Origin: Candidatus Nomurabacteria bacterium
Lineage (GTDB): Bacteria; Patescibacteriota; Minisyncoccia; Phycocordibacterales; UBA918
Direction of reading: 5' to 3'
Length of the DNA stretch: 64,000 bases
NCBI GenBank assembly: GCA_020632035.1
Contig: JACKGG010000001.1
Location: 221,483 to 285,482 of the forward strand
Shown here: piece after piece, positions 48,493 to 56,726 of the stretch
Numbering within the stretch: position 1 is the first letter of the stretch
How the letters are laid out: every line of letters starts with the position of its first letter
Notes under the pieces: generated by a model
Databases searched by the model: none
What the model was told of the DNA's origin: nothing
Seen by the model: the letters and a program-made list of their open reading frames with translations, nothing else
Made by a program: the position numbers and the translations under genes

Positions 48493-49014
48493 ATGAACAT
48501 GAAAAACAAGACACCGATAGTAATAGTAGCTGGTATGGGTAAACCCCGCAGGGTCATAGGTAAAGAAAATGGCTTACTTTGGCATGTACCAGAGGACCTA
48601 AAACGCTTCAAACGACTGACTATGGGTCACCCAGTAATAATGGGTCAAAAAACTTTTCTTTCAATAATCGAAATTCTTGGGAAGCCCTTTCCAGGCCGTA
48701 CCAATATAGTCGCCACTTTAGACAAGGACTATAAATACAAAGGAGTGAAAGTTGCACACTCTCTTGAAGAAGCAATTGAACTGGCTTATTCTGAAAACCC
48801 TACCGAAATTCACATCGGTGGCGGTGGAGAAATTTATCGACAAATGATGCCGCTTGTAGACAGACTTCATATCACTTGGTTTTTTGACGATAAAGATGGA
48901 GACGCTTTCTTTCCCGAGTTTGAAGATAACTTTGAAATAGTTAAAGAACACCCGGTGATGGAACACAATGAGGTTAAATTCCAGTGGGTTGATTACGAAA
49001 GAAAACGTTCGTAG
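48493..49014 (+). CDS. folA: Dihydrofolate reductase
   Basis: Contains 'IVIVAGMGKPRRVIGKENGLLWHVPEDLKRFKRLTMGHPVIMGQKTF...GRTNIV...IHIGGGGEIY'. The start was taken at the internal 'MNMKNK'. Confidence 0.9.
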   Translation: MNMKNKTPIVIVAGMGKPRRVIGKENGLLWHVPEDLKRFKRLTMGHPVIMGQKTFLSIIEILGKPFPGRTNIVATLDKDYKYKGVKVAHSLEEAIELAYSENPTEIHIGGGGEIYRQMMPLVDRLHITWFFDDKDGDAFFPEFEDNFEIVKEHPVMEHNEVKFQWVDYERKRS

Positions 49015-49703
49015 AGAACATTAAATACATCGTCTTCAAAAGAACAGAATAGTTCATCCTTGCAGTCTGCATCAACAAACTCGACATTTGGCACATCACG
49101 TACAATCACAACTGGCATGCACTCTGCCACCTCGCCCATTACCACCGTTGCACCAGCTGTTATACCGTCGACTAAGTTAGAGCGCTCAACTTTAATTTTC
49201 CTACCAAACAAATCTTCTTTACCAATGTGATTTTGTAAAGGGTGGATACCCCAAAAAGAAATAGCCACCCCCATCGCTCCGTAGCGACATGGTACCGAAT
49301 GACTATCTGCAATTATCACGCCTAGGTTTTTTAGCGCAAACTTCTTTATCAAAAAATTATATATCTCCCTGGCACTAACAAATGGCTCGGCGGGGAGCAT
49401 GGTAACGTATCCATTACTATTACTTCGATCTACACCGGAATTACCGACCATAACATTGTTGATAATAGTAAGTGGTGAATTCCAATTTGATCTTGGGATG
49501 ATCACATCTGCTTTTTCTTGATTGTGTTTAGTTGAATCAAAATCAGACTCGGTTACACATCTTCCCTCATTTATAGCCACCACCTTTGAAGAAATTACCA
49601 CCACATCTCCCTCTCTTAAGGAGGTCAGACTTTCATCTAACACTGCAAATAAGTCGTCCTTTGGTGGATTCATAATTCGGGTTTTGATCGGTATATACTG
49701 CAT
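48993..49703 (-). CDS. CofE-like (F420-0:gamma-glutamyl ligase family) protein
   Basis: 'LREGDVVVISSKVVAINEGRCV' and 'IIADSHSVPCRYGAMGVAISFWG' match CofE core motifs. The 3' end overlaps folA convergently by 22 nt. Confidence 0.55.
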   Translation of the reverse strand: MQYIPIKTRIMNPPKDDLFAVLDESLTSLREGDVVVISSKVVAINEGRCVTESDFDSTKHNQEKADVIIPRSNWNSPLTIINNVMVGNSGVDRSNSNGYVTMLPAEPFVSAREIYNFLIKKFALKNLGVIIADSHSVPCRYGAMGVAISFWGIHPLQNHIGKEDLFGRKIKVERSNLVDGITAGATVVMGEVAECMPVVIVRDVPNVEFVDADCKDELFCSFEDDVFNVLYERFLS

Positions 49704-49792
49704 GGCACTACTATATAGAGTTTTATGGAAATAAAAAGAGCTGCACCTAAGGTACTGCTCTTTTTATAATATTTACAGAAAAATTAGACTTT

Positions 49793-50218
49793 TTAGTCGA
49801 CTACTGTTACACCCATTGTGTAGCACGAGCCTTCCACAATCTTCATCGCTGCCTCAATTGAAGCGGCATTTAGATCTGGCATTTTTTCTTCAGCTACTTC
49901 TCGCACTTGGGCTTTGGTAATAGTTCCAATTTTTGAAGTGAGATTCTTCCCTGAACCTTTTTGCTTACCAAGCTTTTTTAGGATTAAACGTGACATTGGA
50001 GACACCTTAACCACGAAGTCAAAACTTCGATCATCATAAACATTTATAATAGTCGGCACGATTTCGCCCATTCTCTCACGAGTTTTTTCGTTAAATTGGT
50101 TTACAAACTCGCCGATGTTGATACCGGCCTGTCCAAGCACTGGGCCAAGTGGTGGGGCTGGTGTTGCCTTTCCGCCAATTGCCTGTACTTTGATTTGTTT
50201 TGCTAGTTTTTTAGCCAT
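49793..50218 (-). CDS. rplK: 50S ribosomal protein L11
   Basis: 'MAKKLAKQIKVQAIGGKATPAPPLGPVLGQAGINIGEF' is an L11 signature. Confidence 0.95.
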   Translation of the reverse strand: MAKKLAKQIKVQAIGGKATPAPPLGPVLGQAGINIGEFVNQFNEKTRERMGEIVPTIINVYDDRSFDFVVKVSPMSRLILKKLGKQKGSGKNLTSKIGTITKAQVREVAEEKMPDLNAASIEAAMKIVEGSCYTMGVTVVD

Positions 50219-50324
50219 GTTTTGGTTAATTTAAATCTATGTTGATACAAGCAGTCCATACCTACTCATATCTGAAGCTCGCGTATAGTACAAGAGAAAT
50301 CCTTGTTTTGCAAGAAGAATATAA

Positions 50325-50347
50325 GTGGCTCTGTAATATGTACAGAG
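50325..50347. terminator. Hairpin ggctctgta-atatg-tacagagcc
   Basis: Perfect 9-bp stem 3' of the orphan ORF at 50395..50928 on the minus strand. Confidence 0.4.
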
Positions 50348-50394
50348 CCAATGAAAGAGGATTCCAGTGCAAACCAAGTATCCAAAACCTAAGT

Positions 50395-50928
50395 TCAACT
50401 TGCAGGCACAACTGCGACAAACCAGTCGTCGCGCCAGTCAACCTCGTAACGGTCCACATCCACGCTCCGGTCATCGTTCCACCGAAGGAATGCGGCGTAG
50501 CTATGACGACCTTCTTTATCTCTGCTTTGAATGAAGTGCTGGACCTTTTCAGCAAAGTCTGGGTGGTCTTTGTTGTGTTTTGCCACCGCATGCAGACTGG
50601 CGTATTTATAGCCACCGTCTTCAACCAAAGAGTCAACCGCCCCTGGGCTCATTCGTTTTTCCAAAGGAATGAATGTTACGTTTTCTGTATCCCCAGTTCC
50701 TATTGGCAAGCGGATAGCGTGGCTGATATCGCCATAGAAGTTTCTGCCTGTTGACTCTATTGCTTCTTTAGCCGTTTGGCCGCGGTCAATTCCCTCTACC
50801 AGTCGAACGATTCTTTTCTCTATTGCCTCGACACGCTCGCGTACAATGCCAACAAACTGCGCGACTATTTCTTTTCCTTGTGTCTCTAGCACCCGCTGGA
50901 CAACATTTCCGGGTAAACCAGACTTCAA
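50395..50928 (-). CDS. GC-rich orphan ORF of unknown function (possible 5' frameshift)
   Basis: 177 aa with about 53% GC against a local background of about 40%. Just upstream, an SD-like aggaga plus ATG opens a 16-codon ORF (MSNMTPAQTRKLTTYL) in another frame. Confidence 0.35.
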   Translation of the reverse strand: MKSGLPGNVVQRVLETQGKEIVAQFVGIVRERVEAIEKRIVRLVEGIDRGQTAKEAIESTGRNFYGDISHAIRLPIGTGDTENVTFIPLEKRMSPGAVDSLVEDGGYKYASLHAVAKHNKDHPDFAEKVQHFIQSRDKEGRHSYAAFLRWNDDRSVDVDRYEVDWRDDWFVAVVPAS

Positions 50929-51030
50929 AAGTCCGGCTACAAATATGTCGTCAATTTGCGTGTTTGTGCTGGGGTCATGTTAGACATGGTGTCATCTCCT
51001 TTTGTGTAACTACGGGTTCTAGCCGAAGTG

Positions 51031-51152
51031 GCCGAATAGACGTAGCCAAAAACCTTCCTTGACCTAGGGTAACCCTAGGTCAATGCTTGGCCTAGGGTGT
51101 GCCTAGGGTTACCCTAGGCAAATTAGAAGTGCTTCGGGCTACGTCTATTGCG
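51031..51152. repeat. MITE-like element: 13-bp terminal inverted repeats (gccgaatagacgtagcc / ggctacgtctatt) enclosing two copies of the palindrome cctagggt(a/t)accctagg
   Basis: Directly visible: tgacctagggtaaccctaggtca (51060-51082) and cctagggttaccctagg (51102-51118), plus the half-site cctagggtgtg. Confidence 0.45.
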
Positions 51153-51520
51153 AATTTTTAAGGTTCAATTCAACACCTTTTATATACCATTGTTTGATGA
51201 TGTTAAATTTATTCTCAAGGTGTAATTAAAAAGTGGGATTTTGCAGTGCAGTAATTACGAGAGGTGTAAAGAAAATGGCCCACATTCGGACCTTTTCTCA
51301 AAACTTTATAAATTAGATGAGTCACGGGGAGGCTGGGAATTTTCTGAGGAAGACGTAGGGTTTCTACGTTGACTGAGGAAAATCCCGTAGCGACAAAGTG
51401 AATCGCTAATTTAGGAAGTTTTAAACCTTCTTGGCAACACGCAACCGACAGATTCTTCCCTAGGAAAGGGTCGAATCTGACGAAGCGTTTGCATAAGCAG
51501 TTTATAGTCGCTTCCGCTCC

Positions 51521-52066
51521 TTAAACCTTCTTAACTTGAAGAAAATCAAGCTCTACTGGAGTCTCCCTCCCAAACATAGAAACTAAGACCTTCACCTTTC
51601 CACTGGCTTCATCTACACCACCTACCTTTCCTTCAAGGTCTTTGAATGGACCATCAGCAATAATGACCATGTCGCCAGTTGAAAGATCGACTTTGTGCTT
51701 CACAGTGTCGCTAGTCATCTGCTTCATTAGTGAGTTGTATTCGGCTTCAGTCAGTGGAACCGGCTGGGTACCGCTACCAACAAAACCAGTTACTCGAGGC
51801 GTGTTTCGGACTACAAACCAAGACTCATCGTCTACAATCATGTCTACCAATACGTATCCTGGATAGATTCGTTCTTCTTCAGTCACTCGCTTACCTCCCT
51901 TGACCCGGATTTTCTTTTCAGTTGGTACAACCACGTTGAAAATCTTTTCGTTCATGTTTAGTGAGTCGATTCTTTGTTTGAGGTTACGGGTTACGGCATT
52001 TTCATAACCTGAGTAGGTATGAATTGCATACCAGTTTCGCTCTCCTGTGCTGTGTTGTTTGGCCAT
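51521..52066 (-). CDS. nusG: Transcription termination/antitermination factor NusG
   Basis: NGN domain 'WYAIHTYSGYENAV' and a C-terminal KOW 'GDMVIIADGPFKDLEGKV'. Confidence 0.95.
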   Translation of the reverse strand: MAKQHSTGERNWYAIHTYSGYENAVTRNLKQRIDSLNMNEKIFNVVVPTEKKIRVKGGKRVTEEERIYPGYVLVDMIVDDESWFVVRNTPRVTGFVGSGTQPVPLTEAEYNSLMKQMTSDTVKHKVDLSTGDMVIIADGPFKDLEGKVGGVDEASGKVKVLVSMFGRETPVELDFLQVKKV

Positions 52067-52075
52067 AGAAGAAAA

Positions 52076-52264
52076 TTAAAAACGGTTAACAATAAAGTTG
52101 ATGCCTTGAGAGAAAATGTAGTCAAAAGCACCTACAAACATCGCTACAATGAATGAGATACCAATAACCAACGCAGTGTAAAGCATTGCTTGGTGTTGGG
52201 TCGGCCATGATACTTGCTTCAATTCAGCTGCAGTATCATGGAAATATTTTGTAAGTTTGTCCAT
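52076..52264 (-). CDS. secE: Preprotein translocase subunit SecE
   Basis: 62 aa with a single TM helix. 'ELKQVSWPT' and the position directly upstream of nusG support the call. Confidence 0.85.
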   Translation of the reverse strand: MDKLTKYFHDTAAELKQVSWPTQHQAMLYTALVIGISFIVAMFVGAFDYIFSQGINFIVNRF

Positions 52265-52455
52265 ATTTATATTTTAATTCATTTGGTTGGGTCAGAAAAT
52301 GCAAAATTAGTTAGCACTCACTCGCTTTAGTCCAGTGATTTTCTCATGGTGAGAAAAAATCAGGACATAAATTCGCAATATGCCCTTCAGGCATTTGCTT
52401 ATTTAAAAAAACGCCTCCAGGGCGATTTCTAATATAGTACTCCTATTGCTGGAAT

Positions 52456-52495
52456 TGTAAAGAGCCGGCCCCCAAAGGGGCCGGCTCTTTACAAT
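52456..52495. terminator. Terminator ttgtaaagagccggccccc-aaa-ggggccggctctttacaa
   Basis: Perfect long palindrome. Confidence 0.6.
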
Positions 52496-52509
52496 TCTGG
52501 CTAAATATT

Positions 52510-52860
52510 ATCTTTCTAACGACTCTAAAATATCTTCTAATGCACTTGTTTTATCAAGGTAAAAAACTTTTTTACCCGTTTTTTCTGCCATTGCTATTTC
52601 TTCTTTTGTACCTGAGGAATTTTTCCATCCTGGCAAAACAGCCAGAAAATCGCAGTTATCTAGGATCGTGTGGTGAACACTAGTAGCATAGTTTCTCTTG
52701 TCTCAGTACGCTCTATGGTTTCTTGATTGAGATTTAGATGAGGTGAGAAATACGGTATCTCATAATCTATAAACTTAGAGACATACATTCTAGCTAATGC
52801 AATACTAGCTTTTTTTACTTTTTCAGACCCGTCACCTCTAAAAGAGCCGGAATAAAAACA
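52510..52860 (-). pseudogene. Decayed nucleoside 2-deoxyribosyltransferase-like (DUF4406-like) gene with at least two frameshifts
   Basis: Three consecutive minus-strand frames read 'MKVVFIPALLEVTGLKK*', '..GSFRGDGSEKVKKASIALARMYVSKFIDYEIPYFSPH..' and '..CDFLAVLPGWKNSSGTKEEIAMAEKTGKKVFYLDKTSALEDILESLER*'. The last carries the family's C-terminal PGW..S.G...E...A...GK.V pattern. Confidence 0.4.
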
Positions 52861-52870
52861 ACTTTCATGT

Positions 52871-53665
52871 TTACTTTACTTCGTACGTTAAATTCACCCG
52901 CACAACGGTACTATCTTCTCCGACCGGGATTTCTGCACCACCAAAACCGACTGACTCTTCTGCCATATCGTAGGACATAGTCTTCGCTTGGAAATAAGGT
53001 TCCGAGTATCCACCTTCTTCATAATAAGAAGCGATCCGAATAATCCGTACTCCAAGTTGGTCAGCCAGCATGTAAGCTTTGGCCTTAGCATCTTTGATGG
53101 CTAGTTCTCGTGCCTTATCTTTAAGTGCATCTGTATCATCGACAGTGAAGTTTAGGCTACTTATATTAGTAGCTCCTCGTTCCCCTACTCCAGCGATTAT
53201 TGATCCAGCTGTTTTGGTATCACGAATCTTTACCGATACAGTTTGTGTTACCTCAAAGCCATCTTGTACCCTCTCACCTGGAGGACAGTACGAATTGAAA
53301 GCACAAACCTTTTCTTCATATCGCCACTTTGGATAGAGGCTGTAATTTTGAGTCTTAACGTCTTTGTCTTCAATACTTTGCTCATTCAGATAGGCCAAGA
53401 TTTCGTTTATTTTTGTTCCAGATAGTTCTTGTGCTTCTGAAGCAGTATCACCTTCAGCATCAACCGAAAATGAAAATTGCGCCACGTCTGGCACGGCTAA
53501 TATTTCACCCTCTCCAGAAACTGAAATGGTTGCTGGTACCGGATTCAGAAAGTCTACTTTCTCAAAGTTTAGGGTGGCGTAAGAAGCCAGGGCGATTAAG
53601 GCCATCAATAACGTCAACGCACCAAGAAATCGCATCTGTTTTGTATTAAAAAATCCATCATTCAT
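52871..53665 (-). CDS. SIMPL-domain (DUF541) secreted/periplasmic protein
   Basis: Signal peptide, then '..ISVSGEGEILAVPDVAQFSFSV..' and a C-terminal '..VRVNLTYEVK' as in SIMPL/26-kDa periplasmic immunogenic proteins. Confidence 0.65.
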   Translation of the reverse strand: MNDGFFNTKQMRFLGALTLLMALIALASYATLNFEKVDFLNPVPATISVSGEGEILAVPDVAQFSFSVDAEGDTASEAQELSGTKINEILAYLNEQSIEDKDVKTQNYSLYPKWRYEEKVCAFNSYCPPGERVQDGFEVTQTVSVKIRDTKTAGSIIAGVGERGATNISSLNFTVDDTDALKDKARELAIKDAKAKAYMLADQLGVRIIRIASYYEEGGYSEPYFQAKTMSYDMAEESVGFGGAEIPVGEDSTVVRVNLTYEVK

Positions 53666-53675
53666 AAAATTTATT

Positions 53676-54620
53676 TTAAACTACTTTTAATAAGTCTCTA
53701 ATGACTCTACGTACTTTTTGGGTAAAAGTTTCATTTCTGCCACATACTGAGTTAAAGGCCAAAATATCATCTTCAGTCAAAACTGGAAATTCGGTTGTGT
53801 CTCCCAACAAATAGTACATCAGTGACGACTCATCTTCAACGTGGTCGATACCAAGCGAATGGCCAAATTCGTGTGCTAAAACTGTCACCAATTCTGATTC
53901 TGAGGAGAATTTGTATATTCTTATGTTATTTTCGTGGTAGTCACCTTGGGTAAATTCCCGGGCAAAACCATACTTTTCGTTATACTCGTTCACTTCCTGG
54001 TTGTAGGCATTGACCAGCAAATTACCCCGCTCACTTAGATCATTTATTTTCTTAGCAACCACATTTAGTTCTTCGGCTGTTTTATTCAACTTCTCCGACT
54101 CTCTACCCAAACTTTTTCTTTCTATCTCTAGCTCTTTGAAAATATCTGCTGGTGCCCCTCCCCGATCGTTATACTTATTTACTTCACTGTTATATTCACC
54201 CAACCTCTTCTCATAGGCACTAACATCTGCCCTATAGCTATTTGATAGAGACTGATAATCTGCTTGCAGGGATTCTACTGTCTCTTTTATCTTTTCGCTC
54301 TCTTCCCACTTTTTATCGAGATCGTATCTTTGTGTCTCTTCACTATTGGCTGTAGCTTGTCGCTCATCAAAAATAAAATCTATAGTGAAACTAGAGTCTT
54401 CATCATATTTAAACAACTCACGATCGGCAATAGACTCCCAATAAGTCTCTGCATCTGAAGCATATAAGCGAGCCTGGCTTTCAGTAAGGTCAAATGAAGC
54501 GTCTATGTCGCCAATTCTATATTCTATTGGAGCCGGGCAAACACTGGCAGTTGCCTTATACCAATAGGTCATCCCTACCGCTACCACCAAGGCTAAAGAT
54601 ATTAGATAAAAACTTCTCAT
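53676..54620 (-). CDS. Membrane-anchored zinc metalloprotease (metzincin HExxHxxGxxH) with coiled-coil region
   Basis: 'VTVLAHEFGHSLGIDHVEDESSLMYY' (an HEFGHSLGIDH zinc-binding motif plus Met-turn). Confidence 0.7.
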   Translation of the reverse strand: MRSFYLISLALVVAVGMTYWYKATASVCPAPIEYRIGDIDASFDLTESQARLYASDAETYWESIADRELFKYDEDSSFTIDFIFDERQATANSEETQRYDLDKKWEESEKIKETVESLQADYQSLSNSYRADVSAYEKRLGEYNSEVNKYNDRGGAPADIFKELEIERKSLGRESEKLNKTAEELNVVAKKINDLSERGNLLVNAYNQEVNEYNEKYGFAREFTQGDYHENNIRIYKFSSESELVTVLAHEFGHSLGIDHVEDESSLMYYLLGDTTEFPVLTEDDILAFNSVCGRNETFTQKVRRVIRDLLKVV

Positions 54621-54658
54621 ATGGTAAAGCTAATCATATCAGAGCCGACAATACAAAC

Positions 54659-54709
54659 GGCGCCCAGCGGGGACTGCGTAGTCGCGATACGTAGTCCCTG
54701 GTGGGCGCC
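54659..54709. repeat. Long imperfect hairpin ggcgcccagcggggactgcgta-gtcgcga-tacgtagtccctggtgggcgcc
   Basis: About 22-bp stem with 3 mismatches or wobbles, lying between the nrdA terminator and the metalloprotease start. Confidence 0.4.
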
Positions 54710-54820
54710 ATTGATAGAGGCGAACCTCTTATAAAAATATGTACGCAAGAGAATGTCTCTTACTTACCCTTACTATACCGTACTTGCAAGCGGGGAAATG
54801 GGAGATTTCAACACCCTGTT

Positions 54821-54857
54821 TAAAAAGCGCGGGGCCGAGGGCCCCGCGCTTTTTAGA
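54821..54857. terminator. nrdAB terminator aaaaagcgcggggcc-gag-ggccccgcgcttttt
   Basis: Perfect GC stem with flanking A and T runs, 4 nt 3' of the nrdA stop. Confidence 0.7.
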
Positions 54858-54860
54858 CAT

Positions 54861-56546
54861 TTACTTCACCGCCTCCTTTTCGGCCAACTTCTTTCTAACC
54901 ATTTGTTGGGCAGCGTTCTGACTGTGTTGGTAGTAAAGAGATTTAACCCCTTCTTTCCAAGCCTTTATGTAAAGCTGGTTGATTTCTTTTACAGGAGCGT
55001 CTGGAGAAACCATGATGTTTAAAGACTGACCTTGATCAATAAATTCCTGTCTAACTCCTGCTTGTTCAATAACTTTGGCTTGGTCAATTTCACCAAAAGT
55101 TCTAAAGACTGCTTTTTCTTCGTCACTTAAGAAATCCAGATGTTGCACTGAACCATCATTGTCTCGAATACTATCCCAGACTACTTTGGTGTCTTTATCT
55201 TTTTCCTTCAAAAGTTCAACTAGAGTTGGGTTCTTTATGGTCACCTTCATCTTGGCTACGTCTTTTATGTAGCAATTAGACCAAATTGGTTCAATTCCTT
55301 GTGACACTTGTCCAAGAATAAAAGCTGAAGAGGTGGTCGGTGCAATGGCAAGCAAGGTCGTATTTCGCCGTCCGTACCCCTCCAACACTTCTGGCTCACC
55401 AAGTTCTTTAGCCAGTTCTTTTGTTGAGGCTTCAGCCTTTTCTTGAATGACTTTGAAAACTTCCTTATTTAACTTGGCTGCTTCATCACTTTCAAATGGC
55501 AGATCTTTTGATTGGAGGAGAGAGTGGTATCCAAGGACACCTAAGCCGAGAGCTCTGTTTGCTTTTGCAAAGTTGTACGCGCGTTTCATGAATTCAAACG
55601 CTTGTTGTTTTTCTACATCCTCATCGTCACGCATAGCTTCTAGTTTGACAATGAAGTCTTCCATAACTGCATCAAGGAAGGCAATCATTGTTTCCACTAA
55701 ATCAGTATCCTTCCAGTCATCGTAATGGAGGAGGTTAACCGATGACAAGCAACACACAAATGACCAATCTTCCTTACTTGGAAGCATGATTTCACTACAC
55801 ATGTTACTGGCGTAGATTTCTAGTTTTTTGTCCTTGTAGACATCAACCGTGTTTTTGTTGGCGGTGTCATTGAACATGATGTATGGATATCCCATTTCAC
55901 CACGTCGTTGAATAATACGAGCCCAAATCTTACGTTTTGCTTCGTCACCCTCAATCATGCTTTCCATCCACTCATCCCCCACTGTTACACCATGAGTTAG
56001 TTTTTGGATTGGATTACCTTCTGTTCCAATATCCAAAAACTCCATAATGTCAGAGTGCTCTGCTGGAAGATATGGAGAAAAATGTCCTCGTCGTACAGAA
56101 CCTTGAGAAACCACATCAACCAAGGTTTCGAACAATTGCATAAAGTGTACAGAACCAGAAGAGTGTCCGTTGTTATCTGAAATGTTGGCTCCTCTACCCC
56201 GCAAAGCTCCAAAGTAGCCAGAACAACCACCACCAAACTTACTCATCATCCCTACTTCAGCGTTTGAGTACAAGATGTTTCCCATGTGGTCAGCCACATA
56301 CGAACCAAAACAACTAATAGGTAAGCCTTTGGTAATTCCAAAGTTAGACCAGACTGGTGAAGCTAGAGATATCCAGCCCTTAGACATGTACTCATAAAAC
56401 TTATCCGAAAAGCCATCTCGTTTGAGATATTTTTCAGCTGTGTCGGCGATTACGCGAATTCTTTCTTCTGCTGTTTGGCCTTCGGCCAGATATCCTCGGG
56501 CTAGAAACGCGCGACTATTTTCGTTCAGCCAGTACCAGGGTTCCAT
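54861..56546 (-). CDS. nrdA: Class I ribonucleotide reductase catalytic (alpha) subunit lacking an N-terminal ATP-cone
   Basis: 561 aa starting directly in the catalytic barrel ('MEPWYWLNENSRAFLARGYL'). Contains 'SNMCSEIMLPS' and the C-terminal Cys pair region. Confidence 0.88.
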   Translation of the reverse strand: MEPWYWLNENSRAFLARGYLAEGQTAEERIRVIADTAEKYLKRDGFSDKFYEYMSKGWISLASPVWSNFGITKGLPISCFGSYVADHMGNILYSNAEVGMMSKFGGGCSGYFGALRGRGANISDNNGHSSGSVHFMQLFETLVDVVSQGSVRRGHFSPYLPAEHSDIMEFLDIGTEGNPIQKLTHGVTVGDEWMESMIEGDEAKRKIWARIIQRRGEMGYPYIMFNDTANKNTVDVYKDKKLEIYASNMCSEIMLPSKEDWSFVCCLSSVNLLHYDDWKDTDLVETMIAFLDAVMEDFIVKLEAMRDDEDVEKQQAFEFMKRAYNFAKANRALGLGVLGYHSLLQSKDLPFESDEAAKLNKEVFKVIQEKAEASTKELAKELGEPEVLEGYGRRNTTLLAIAPTTSSAFILGQVSQGIEPIWSNCYIKDVAKMKVTIKNPTLVELLKEKDKDTKVVWDSIRDNDGSVQHLDFLSDEEKAVFRTFGEIDQAKVIEQAGVRQEFIDQGQSLNIMVSPDAPVKEINQLYIKAWKEGVKSLYYQHSQNAAQQMVRKKLAEKEAVK

Positions 56547-56726
56547 AGATTTTCTGTGTGTTATGCGTTAATTTTGATTAAAGTTACACCATTATACATT
56601 TTCTCCGAGATTTGGTTAAAATCATCAATTTCGATGCGAGCGAGCTTCGAAACATGAGTTGTACGGTTTGTACGGTGAGTGTTGAGAACGAGAAGCTCAA
56701 CAAAGAAATTTTGATTTTTGCCGAAT

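Noticed and set aside
48292-48611. Apparent 320-nt overlap between folA (+) and the CYTH gene (-) in the ORF track
   Set aside because: It is resolved by using internal starts: MNMKNK at 48493 for folA and MSHFEIEVK at 48407 for the CYTH protein. Both then begin at family-typical N-termini and no longer overlap.
50239-50754. 171-aa plus-strand Cys/His-rich ORF
   Set aside because: It overlaps the more protein-like minus-strand ORF. Its composition (C/H/V/F-rich with no motifs) suggests a GC-driven spurious frame.
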